This document shows, one piece after another, positions 28,804-36,949 of a DNA stretch of 43,375 nt; within the stretch, counting starts at the first letter, position 1, and the number at the start of each line of letters is the position of its first letter. Source of the DNA: Deltaproteobacteria bacterium (GTDB lineage: Bacteria > Desulfobacterota > DSM-4660 > Desulfatiglandales > Desulfatiglandaceae); the NCBI GenBank assembly GCA_021163285.1, contig JAGGXA010000028.1:1-43375 (forward strand). Direction: 5' to 3'. Position numbers and translations under genes: made by a program. The notes beneath the pieces are model-generated. The model was given only the letters and a program-made list of their open reading frames with translations. It was not told where the DNA came from and did no database searches.

Positions 28804-29967
28804 ATGGAATTTGCCCTGAATGAAGAACTACAGATGCTGCGTGATACTGCCCGTGATTTTGCCGCTGAAAAAATAGCGCCCTATGCGGATGAGTGGGATG
28901 AAAGGCATTACATGCCTTATGAAGAGGCGATAAAGCCTATGGGTGAGCTTGGTTTTTTCGGAACAGTTATTCCTGAAGAATATGGCGGCAATAATATGGG
29001 GTGGCTGGCAGCTATAATACTCACGGAAGAAATCGCACGCGCATCCAGTTCACTAAGAGTACAGATCAACATGCAGGCCCTCGGTTGCGCCTTTACCATC
29101 TTCAGGTATGGTACTGAAGAGTTAAAACAAAAATATATTCCAAAGCTGGTCAGCGCTGAATATATAGGCGGTTTTGCTATTACCGAGCCTAATGCGGGCT
29201 CCGATGTTATGGCCATGAAATCTCAGGCCGTTGATAAGGGTGACTACTGGCTTTTAAACGGCTCAAAGACCTGGATATCCAACAGCTCGGCAGCGGATGT
29301 CATTATTTACTATGCCTATACCGACAAGGAAGCGAGGGGACGGGGATTATCCGCCTTTCTGGTGGAACTCAAGAACTTTAATGGTATCAGCACAACCGAT
29401 CTGGATAAATTAGGCACAAGGTCTACTCCAACCGGCGAGATATACCTTGAAGATACGAAAGTGCCCAAAGAAAATATACTTGGTAAACCTGGTGACGGGG
29501 CAAAGATCGTGTTTGGTTCGTTAAACCAGTCACGCCTTTCAGCCGCGGCAGGGGGTATTGGCGTGGCTCAGGCCTGCCTCGATGCCATCACTTCTTATTG
29601 CAATGAAAGGGCGCAATTCGGAAAACCGATCGGACAGTTTCAGATGAATCAGGACCTTGTCGCGCAACTCTGTGCGGAAATAGAGGCTGCCCGTCTGATA
29701 ACCTATAAGGCGGCATGGCAAAAAGACCAGGGCAAGCTTGAAAACACGATTGAAGTCGCCCATGCCAAATACCTCGCCGGTGAAGTGGCTGTCAAGGCAT
29801 CTCAGATAGCCATGAAGATCCTGGGCGCTTATGGTTATTCCACAGAGTACCCTGTTGCGAGGTATTACCGTGATGCCCCTGCCTATCAGTTAGTAGAAGG
29901 TTCTTCAAATATATGCAAGTGGATCATAGCGCTGGATCAGCTTAACATCAAAAAGGCGGGCAAATAA
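28804..29967 (+). CDS. Acyl-CoA dehydrogenase (candidate glutaryl-CoA dehydrogenase by context)
   Basis: ACAD fold motifs FAITEPNAGSD, WISN and the C-terminal YQLVEGSSNI with the catalytic Glu. The start is set at ATG 28804, 8 nt after AGGAG. The tracked GTG at 28798 is 2 codons upstream. Confidence 0.85.
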   Translation: MEFALNEELQMLRDTARDFAAEKIAPYADEWDERHYMPYEEAIKPMGELGFFGTVIPEEYGGNNMGWLAAIILTEEIARASSSLRVQINMQALGCAFTIFRYGTEELKQKYIPKLVSAEYIGGFAITEPNAGSDVMAMKSQAVDKGDYWLLNGSKTWISNSSAADVIIYYAYTDKEARGRGLSAFLVELKNFNGISTTDLDKLGTRSTPTGEIYLEDTKVPKENILGKPGDGAKIVFGSLNQSRLSAAAGGIGVAQACLDAITSYCNERAQFGKPIGQFQMNQDLVAQLCAEIEAARLITYKAAWQKDQGKLENTIEVAHAKYLAGEVAVKASQIAMKILGAYGYSTEYPVARYYRDAPAYQLVEGSSNICKWIIALDQLNIKKAGK

Positions 29968-29973
29968 CCCGCC

Positions 29974-30286
29974 GGGAGGCTGTTCGAGAATGCCCTTTTT
30001 CCCAAACTCTGCGTTATGATCAAAAAATTATCCTCGAAATATTAACTAGTGTCCGTCCATAAATGAGATAGCTTGTTCGAGATCAAGGCGCTCTGAAATT
30101 TTAACCACAGGAATACATTGAGTATTTCGAGGATTAAAATTTCAGCGCAACGCAGATATCGGGCAGGTAAGCGAGCCTGCGAGACTCCGAAATAGCCATT
30201 TATGGATGGGCACTAACTATATGCCTGCGGTAATTTTTTGAGCAAGCCTTGATTTTGAAAAAAATTGCTGTTTTCGGACAGCCTCC
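29974..30286. mobile_element. MITE-like element, family 1, with nested palindromic insertion
   Basis: Same termini as 24409-24585. The interior carries extra inverted repeats: TAGTGTCCGTCCATAAATGAGATAGC (30047-30072) against ATAGCCATTTATGGATGGGCACTA (30192-30215), CCTCGAAATAT against GTATTTCGAGG, and GCGCTCTGAAATTTTA against TAAAATTTCAGCGC. Confidence 0.75.
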
Positions 30287-30380
30287 TGTGTTCAGGAGCA
30301 AAACAGGGCAGGATATAATTCTGCCTGCCCTTAAAGTCCCGGACATCTTTCATTGTGACAATCTAAACCCGGAGGTAAAA

Positions 30381-32114
30381 ATGAGACCCTATTTTGAACA
30401 AATGTCCTCTTTCGGAAAGGCATTAACAGACAGCCAGAAAGAAAGTACAAAAGAAAATGTTGCAGAGATCAGGAAAGTTGAAGAAGAGGTGGCAAAGGCA
30501 ATTGAAAAGGTGAAAAACGCGGGGATACCTGCCGAGGTAATTAAAAAAAGAGGCCAGTTGACTGTCTGGGAGAGGATTGAGTACCTCGTAGACCCCGGGA
30601 GCTGGTGCCCTCTCCATACCCTTTTTAATCCACAGTTTAATCCCGAAGGGACGAGTGGAGTTATAGACGGACTTGCCAGGATAAACGGAAAATGGGCAGT
30701 GGTGATAGGCTTTGATAACAAGGTGATGGCAGGCGCCTGGATCACGGGGCAGGCTGAAAATCAGCTCAGGGTTACAGACATGGCCAAGAGACTTCATATA
30801 CCTCTCGTATGGCTCGTTAACTGCAGTGGCGTAAAACTGCCGGAACAGCATGAGGTATATGCAAATAGAAGGGGAAACGGAACGACCTTTTACCGTCACG
30901 CAGAGCTTGAAAAGCTGGGAGTGCCTGTTATTGCCGGAATATACGGCACAAACCCGGCAGGAGGCGGTTACCAGGGAATCAGTCCTACAATCCTTATTGC
31001 CCATAAAGATGCCAATATCGCAGTCGGCGGCGGTGGCATTGTAGGCGGGATGAGTCCCAAGGGGCACTTTGATGAGGAAGGAGCCGAACTGCTTATCGAT
31101 GCTACTCGTCATTTCAAGCAGGTCCCTCCGGGCAGTATCTCAATCCATTATAATGAAACGGGATTTTTTAAGGAGGTATATGATACCGAGAAAGAAGTGC
31201 TTGATGCCTTGAAAAAATATGTAGATATGGTTCCGGCCTATGACCCGAACTTTTTCCGCGTTGCAGAACCGAAAGAACCGCGGTTTCCGGCTGAAGATAT
31301 CAACAATATAGTGACATTTAACCAGAAAAGAAGCTACAATTTTGAAGAAATGCTGGCCCGTATCTTTGATAATAGCGAACATATGGAATTCAGGCCGGGT
31401 TATGGCCCGGAGGTATATACGGGTCTTGCCAAAATGGATGGCTTTTTAGTCGGCTTTATCGGTAATCACCAGGGATTTTTGGGACAGAATTATCCTGAAT
31501 ATGCGTCATACCCCGGAATAGGAGGCAAACTCTACAGACAGGGCCTAATCAAGATGAATGAATTTGTCACGCTTTGCGGACGTGACAGAGTCCCGATTGT
31601 CTGGTTTCAGGATACCACGGGAATTGACGTGGGAGATATTGCGGAAAAGGCCGAATTGCTCGGTCTCGGGCAATCTCTGATATATTCAATTGAACAGACT
31701 GACGTACCCCAAATCTGCATTGTACTCAGAAAGGGGACTGCGGCCGCCCATTATATTATGGGTGGGCCTACTGCCAATAATAATAATGCCTTTACCCTTG
31801 GAACACCAACGACTGAGATATACGTTATGCATGGTGAGACGGCAGCGGCCGCCTCATTTTCAAGGAGACTGGTCAAAGAAAAAGATGCCGGGCGTCCCTT
31901 ACAGCCCGTCATTGACAAAATGAATGAGCTCGCACAGCAATATCATGATAACTCAAGGCCGGTATTTTGTGCGAATAAGGGTTTTGTTGATGAAATTATA
32001 TCTTTTCCGGATTTGAGAAAATATATCATGGCATTTGCAGGCTGCGCATATCAAAACCCGACATCAATTTGTCCGCATCATCATATGATGCTTCCAAGAA
32101 TCATCAAGGGATAA
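30381..32114 (+). CDS. gcdA: Glutaconyl-CoA decarboxylase alpha subunit-type carboxyltransferase
   Basis: 577 aa from ATG 30381, with GGAGG 5 nt upstream. Two-domain carboxyltransferase containing YGTNPAGGGYQGISPT, IGGKLYRQGLIKMNEFVTLC and TGIDVG. The N-terminus, overall length and the C-terminal ICPHHHMMLPR match my recollection of Acidaminococcus GcdA. Confidence 0.75.
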   Translation: MRPYFEQMSSFGKALTDSQKESTKENVAEIRKVEEEVAKAIEKVKNAGIPAEVIKKRGQLTVWERIEYLVDPGSWCPLHTLFNPQFNPEGTSGVIDGLARINGKWAVVIGFDNKVMAGAWITGQAENQLRVTDMAKRLHIPLVWLVNCSGVKLPEQHEVYANRRGNGTTFYRHAELEKLGVPVIAGIYGTNPAGGGYQGISPTILIAHKDANIAVGGGGIVGGMSPKGHFDEEGAELLIDATRHFKQVPPGSISIHYNETGFFKEVYDTEKEVLDALKKYVDMVPAYDPNFFRVAEPKEPRFPAEDINNIVTFNQKRSYNFEEMLARIFDNSEHMEFRPGYGPEVYTGLAKMDGFLVGFIGNHQGFLGQNYPEYASYPGIGGKLYRQGLIKMNEFVTLCGRDRVPIVWFQDTTGIDVGDIAEKAELLGLGQSLIYSIEQTDVPQICIVLRKGTAAAHYIMGGPTANNNNAFTLGTPTTEIYVMHGETAAAASFSRRLVKEKDAGRPLQPVIDKMNELAQQYHDNSRPVFCANKGFVDEIISFPDLRKYIMAFAGCAYQNPTSICPHHHMMLPRIIKG

Positions 32115-32239
32115 AAAAAAGTAACCGTTCACGGGTTTGAAGGTAGAAGGCAGAAGTTTAATAGCTCAATATTCAGGGCAATAACTTATGGATTCCCGGG
32201 CATCCTTCAATAAGTTCAAAAAATAGTTTCGAGTTTGAA

Positions 32240-32368
32240 CGTTTCCCGTTCCCACGCTCCGGCGCGGGAACGCATACCATACGGATGTCTACGCTGGAGA
32301 ATGGGAACGAGACGAACGGTGATAGAACCTCGGAGCGAAGGAAAATCTTACTTTTTGTATTGCACCCG
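32240..32368. repeat. REP-like repeat family 4 copy (long)
   Basis: GTTTCCCGTTCCCACGCTCCGGCGCGGGAACGCATACC...ACGCTGGAGAATGGGAACGAGACGAACGG...TTACTTTTTGTATTGC. It lies in the convergent gcdA/tilS spacer. That spacer is flanked by GTAACCGTTCACGGGTTTGAAGG (32121-) and a CCCTGAA-rich stretch (32545-32590). Confidence 0.6.
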
Positions 32369-32586
32369 TTCTGAAACGAGAAGGCAGACGGAACCTGATA
32401 AACGTTAAAATATTAAGGGGTTGTTCCCTCCCCAAAATCCGATATAATCAGAAAAAATCATATGGTTTTTAAATGTAAAGGGATGCATGGCTGCACATTC
32501 CCGTATTTTACCTTCAGCATTCAGTTTATCTGTCTGAGGAGTTGCATTTAACCTCTGAATCCCTGAAATCTTTAAACCCTGAACCC

Positions 32587-33996
32587 TTACAGTCCCTCTT
32601 TATTTTTTGATAAGGTTACCTTCAAGACCTTTCCGGTATCAGGTTCTATCTTGAATCGATCATCAATCCTGTATCCGCACACCCAGACAGGAACGCCCCG
32701 GCAGATCAAGATGGCCACGTTCCTCCTTTCTTCAGACGGGATTTTGAGATCTATAAAAAAATCTTTGAGTTTTCTGTGTCCCTTCATCCCTAAGGGAATA
32801 AACCTGTCTCCTTGTCGATAGTTTCTGATCGTAAGGGGAAAAACGATTTTTTCAGCATCAAAATACGCTGTCCAGGGCGAATCCTCCATATCAACCGATT
32901 TCACCGATGCCGTTTCCCTTAACAAAATAGTTTTACCGGGGGTCTCAAGCCTGAACACGCCCGGCCCTTCAAGATGATAACAAAAATTTTCCTGTTTTCT
33001 CTCGCCCTTTGGTTGGAACATAAGCTGATTATATACCCTTTCAGCAGTCAAACCGCCGGGCAGGTTAATTCTTGACTGAGGTCTTTTGGCATGCGCCATC
33101 CTGTTTACAGCCTCGATATGACGCATACTTATCCTGCGGAGGCTTCCGCCCGTTATCCTTATAAGATACCTGATGACACGGGCCTCTAACGCCTCAGGAA
33201 GCTCCAGGAACAAAGAAAGAGGGATAATAATCTTTCCATCCGCTCCTGTTTCAGCCTCCGTTTCCACCCACCTTTCGGCCTCTTTCTCCATCCATTCATT
33301 ATCTCTTCTCATGATCCTGGCCGTTTGTCCCAAAAGATTTACAATACGTGGCTGGTATTTCGTGAGCAGCGGCATAAGTTCCAGGCGGATCTTGTTCCTT
33401 AGATAGATGGTTTCAAGGTTGGAAGAATCCGTCATATATGCCGCGCCTTTCTTGTTCAGGAAGACCTTGATCTCTTCGCGGGTCAGTTCAATCAATGGCC
33501 TGATTATTTTTCCATTCCTGAATGGGGGTATGCCTGAAAGTCCTGATGCACCGCTCCCGCGCATCATTCTCATAATGACTGTCTCCGCCTGATCATCGAG
33601 GTTGTGGCCCAATGCGATTTTATGAGCTGAAAATTTTTCTTTTACCTCCTCAAGAAACAGGTACCTAACTTGCCTGGCCCTCTCCTCCGGGGATGTCCCG
33701 CATTTCAGCATGCCCGGCCCTGCTTTTTTTGTCTCAAACCGGAGTTGCAATACATTTGCAAGGGAACGTACAAACCCGGTCTCAGCATCATCTTCACCCG
33801 GCCTGAGCCCATGGTTGAACTGAGCAACTATTAATTCCATGCCGAGTTCATCTTTCAGCTCATATAAAATAAGCAGAAGACAGACAGAGTCAGGTCCCCC
33901 GGAGACCGCTGCAATTACCCGGTCCCCATGCCTGATCATGGAATATTTTGAAATGGTGTGTTTGACTTTATAGATGATCTTTTCCTGAATATTCAT
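32587..33996 (-). CDS. tilS: tRNA(Ile)-lysidine synthetase
   Basis: 469 aa. PP-loop SGGPDSVCLL, followed by LGHNLDDQAETVIMR and a C-terminal substrate-binding domain. Confidence 0.9.
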   Translation of the reverse strand: MNIQEKIIYKVKHTISKYSMIRHGDRVIAAVSGGPDSVCLLLILYELKDELGMELIVAQFNHGLRPGEDDAETGFVRSLANVLQLRFETKKAGPGMLKCGTSPEERARQVRYLFLEEVKEKFSAHKIALGHNLDDQAETVIMRMMRGSGASGLSGIPPFRNGKIIRPLIELTREEIKVFLNKKGAAYMTDSSNLETIYLRNKIRLELMPLLTKYQPRIVNLLGQTARIMRRDNEWMEKEAERWVETEAETGADGKIIIPLSLFLELPEALEARVIRYLIRITGGSLRRISMRHIEAVNRMAHAKRPQSRINLPGGLTAERVYNQLMFQPKGERKQENFCYHLEGPGVFRLETPGKTILLRETASVKSVDMEDSPWTAYFDAEKIVFPLTIRNYRQGDRFIPLGMKGHRKLKDFFIDLKIPSEERRNVAILICRGVPVWVCGYRIDDRFKIEPDTGKVLKVTLSKNKEGL

Positions 33997-34244
33997 AGTG
34001 TACCTCTACGGAATTTAGTAATTGTTCACTGAAAGGTCTATGCATACCAGCCTCCCGGGGTTTTGATATACCCATAACCAATCATTCCTTAAAGGGTGTG
34101 ACATATTTATTGGGCCTTGATTATCGTTTCGGCCATTTGCAGTCCGGGGTTGAAACCCCAAGCTATTATTTGCCGTTCCTGCGAGACTGTATAAGCCCTA
34201 TCGGGGCGATAGACAATAGCCCGTCAATTTATTGCCGGATGGCC

Positions 34245-34404
34245 TTATTTCCCAAGTATTTGCCCGTTTGGCTCCAAATACCGTATCGGGCAACCACAAG
34301 GGATTGCCCCTGCGAAAAACCCAATGCACGGTGAAAACAATCGTAGGGGCAGGCTATGTGCCTGCCCTTAGGAAAATGAAACCTCGACATGTGAATGGCT
34401 GTTA
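34245..34404. repeat. Partial family 3 element (160-bp copy of 8821-8980)
   Basis: It aligns by eye along its whole length, including CAACCACAAGGGATTGCCCC and GGCAGG..TGTGCCTGCCC, with scattered substitutions. The left terminus is absent. Confidence 0.7.
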
Positions 34405-34809
34405 TTATTTTTTATTGACGAACTATCGGCATTAGTTATAAAAATTATTATAAATGTAATAAAAGCTAAGGTTGTATATCCGCAATCAAAAAGGACAGGA
34501 GTCAGAAGATGAAATTCAGAATATGAAATGACATTCATCTTTTTTGCTGCCCCTGACTTATGAGTCATGAATTCTGCGCAAAATCAGGATTATCTTTTGT
34601 CTCAGGGCGTCTTGTTATTTCCGTCAAAGTTTAAAGCGTAAGTTCCTAACCCGGCATAGCCGGAACCAAAAAAATATCACGAAAACGCGAAAATTTGAAT
34701 GTTATTGTATTTTGTGTTTGTCTTTTAGATTTTCTGTCGTAAAAAACACGAATTTCAGGATTAAGGCGCTAACAGCTTCATAATAAATTAAAAAAATCGA
34801 GGTTCAGGT

Positions 34810-35487
34810 ATGGATATAATTAAAAAAGCCTTAAAGGAGGATCGCACAACACTTTCGGAGCATGAATCAAAGGAGCTTTTGAGGGCGTACGGTATACCTG
34901 TAACCCGTGAAACAGAGGTCTTTGATGAACATGACCTTTTGGATGCAATCCGTAAGATAGGGTTTCCCCTTGTTATCAAGGCATGCAGTTCCAGCCTGAG
35001 ACATAAGACGGAACAAGGCCTTGTCCATGTGGATATCCGTAACGAGCAGGAGGCTGTTTCCGCTTTCAAGGAGACCATGACCGGTATAAAGGATGATGGA
35101 GGTTCGGTCCTTGTCCAGGAGATGGTGAAGGGAAAGAGGGAACTGGTTATCGGACTTACGCGCGATCCCCAGTTCGGCCCGTGCGTCATGTTCGGACTGG
35201 GTGGTATTTTTACTGAAGTTCTCCATGATATAATCTTCAGGGTGGCGCCGATCGACAAGCAGTGCGCCCTGGATATGATGCAGGAGATCAAGGCCAGGCA
35301 AATCCTTGAAAATGTGCGGGGCATGCCGCGGGCAGACCTTGATCAACTTGCGGATATATTAGTAAAAGTGGGTAATATAGGTCTTGAACAGAAAACTGTC
35401 AAAGAAATCGACATAAATCCTGTCATCCTTGTCGGGAGCAACCCTGTAGCAGTTGATGCCCTTGTTGTGTTGACACAGGAAGCATGA
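34810..35487 (+). CDS. Stand-alone ATP-grasp protein resembling the beta subunit of ADP-forming acetyl-CoA synthetase
   Basis: 225 aa. Typical ACD-beta/ATP-grasp_5 pattern: LSEHESKELLRAYGIPV, FPLVIKA...HKTEQG, VLVQEMV, ELVIGLTRDPQFGP, FGLGGIFTE and INPV. Confidence 0.7.
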   Translation: MDIIKKALKEDRTTLSEHESKELLRAYGIPVTRETEVFDEHDLLDAIRKIGFPLVIKACSSSLRHKTEQGLVHVDIRNEQEAVSAFKETMTGIKDDGGSVLVQEMVKGKRELVIGLTRDPQFGPCVMFGLGGIFTEVLHDIIFRVAPIDKQCALDMMQEIKARQILENVRGMPRADLDQLADILVKVGNIGLEQKTVKEIDINPVILVGSNPVAVDALVVLTQEA

Positions 35488-36752
35488 AATTTCTCGCCGA
35501 TCTTCATATTCATTCGCACTTTTCCCGGGCTACATCCAAAATCCTTGATCCGGAACACCTTGCCCTGTGGGCACAGAAAAAAGGAATAAAGGTCATCGGA
35601 ACAGGAGATCTGACTCATCCGGGCTGGATAGCGGAACTTAAGGACAAGCTGATCGAAACCGGAAGCGGTCTCTACCGGCTAAGGCCCGACCTCCAGAAAA
35701 TAGTTGATTCCCAGGCCCCGCCTTCCTGTAGAGGTACGGCTCTTTTTATGCTTACAGGCGAAATAAGCTGCATATACAAAAAAAATGATAAGATTAGAAA
35801 GGTGCATCATCTTGTTTTCATGCCTGATATAGTTTCAGCCCTCAAGCTGAATGATCGTCTGAGCCGTATCGGAAATCTATTATCAGACGGCAGACCCATC
35901 CTCGGCCTTGACTCAAAAAATCTACTTGAAACCATCCTTGAAACAGAGGAAACGGCCTTTTTTGTTCCTGCCCATATATGGACGCCCTGGTTTTCGGTGT
36001 TTGGTTCCAAATCAGGGTTTGATACATTGGAAGAGTGTTTTGAAGACCTGACGTGCCATATCCATGCCCTGGAAACAGGACTCTCCTCTGATCCACCCAT
36101 GAACAGGCGCATTTCAGCCCTTGATAACTATCTCCTTGTCTCCAACTCCGATGCACACTCACCTGCCAAATTAGGCAGGGAGGCCAATATATTTGAAACC
36201 GGCCTTGAATATAGCAGGATGATTCAGGCCATGACGGACGGACATGGATTTTCAGGGACAATTGAATTTTATCCTGAGGAGGGAAAATACCACTTAGACG
36301 GGCATCGCAAGTGCGGTGTCATGCTTCAACCTGAAGAAACAGGGAAATGCAATGGAATCTGCCCGGTATGCGGGAAACCCCTGACTATCGGTGTACTTCA
36401 CAGGGTAGATGATCTTTCAGACAATAAAGTCCCTCGCAGCCCTGAACTTTCAAGGGATTTTTTCAACCTCATCCCTCTCACGGAAATTTTATCCGAACTG
36501 TTAAAATGCGGCCCTGCGACAAAAAAAGTGGCAACTCTTTATGAAAGCCTTCTTTCGAAACTCGGGCCGGAGTTACAAATCCTGATGGATATACCTTTAA
36601 GCGACATTGGGGAAGCGGGAGGCCCTGTCCTGAAAGAGGCAATAAACAGGCTGCGAATGAACCGGGTAGTATGCGAAGAAGGTTATGACGGTCTATATGG
36701 AAAGATTAGCCTTTTCGGGGCTGGTTTTAATTTTGACCACTTTTCAAAATAA
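35484..36752 (+). CDS. Endonuclease Q-like PHP-domain nuclease (TIGR00375-type)
   Basis: 422 aa. Motifs DLHIHSHFSRATS, GTGDLTHPGW, VHHLVFMP, PAHIWTPW, SNSDAHSP..LGREAN and GKYHLDGH, a zinc-finger-like CPVCGKPLTIGVLHRV, and a C-terminal GYDGLYGKI. The start overlaps the upstream stop (ATGA). Confidence 0.65.
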   Translation: MKFLADLHIHSHFSRATSKILDPEHLALWAQKKGIKVIGTGDLTHPGWIAELKDKLIETGSGLYRLRPDLQKIVDSQAPPSCRGTALFMLTGEISCIYKKNDKIRKVHHLVFMPDIVSALKLNDRLSRIGNLLSDGRPILGLDSKNLLETILETEETAFFVPAHIWTPWFSVFGSKSGFDTLEECFEDLTCHIHALETGLSSDPPMNRRISALDNYLLVSNSDAHSPAKLGREANIFETGLEYSRMIQAMTDGHGFSGTIEFYPEEGKYHLDGHRKCGVMLQPEETGKCNGICPVCGKPLTIGVLHRVDDLSDNKVPRSPELSRDFFNLIPLTEILSELLKCGPATKKVATLYESLLSKLGPELQILMDIPLSDIGEAGGPVLKEAINRLRMNRVVCEEGYDGLYGKISLFGAGFNFDHFSK

Positions 36753-36870
36753 AAGACGTTCATTTCCAGCATTGGGTGGCCAAAGATAAAACAACCCCTG
36801 TTTTTCTTTGCGGCTTTGCGGTGAACATAAATAGTGTCAGAACGAAAACTAAAAACAGATACTATTTCGG

Positions 36871-36949
36871 TTAGGGACGAGGACGAAATAACATCCCCAG
36901 GCAGGCTGTGACGAATAGTTGGGGAAGTTAATCTATTCTCTTTCCTTAG
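36871..36949. mobile_element. MITE-like element, family 2, short variant (copy C)
   Basis: TTAGGGACGAGGACGAAATAACATCCCC...GGGGAAGTTAATCTATTCTCTTTCCTTAG. The purH-like stop codon (36946-36948) lies within the terminal CTAAGG. Confidence 0.75.

Noticed and set aside
30249-30380. The ORF track extends gcdA by 44 N-terminal codons from a TTG.
   Set aside because: The extension lies inside the family 1 repeat. ATG 30381 has a GGAGG at ideal spacing, and MRPYFEQM... corresponds to the expected GcdA N-terminus.
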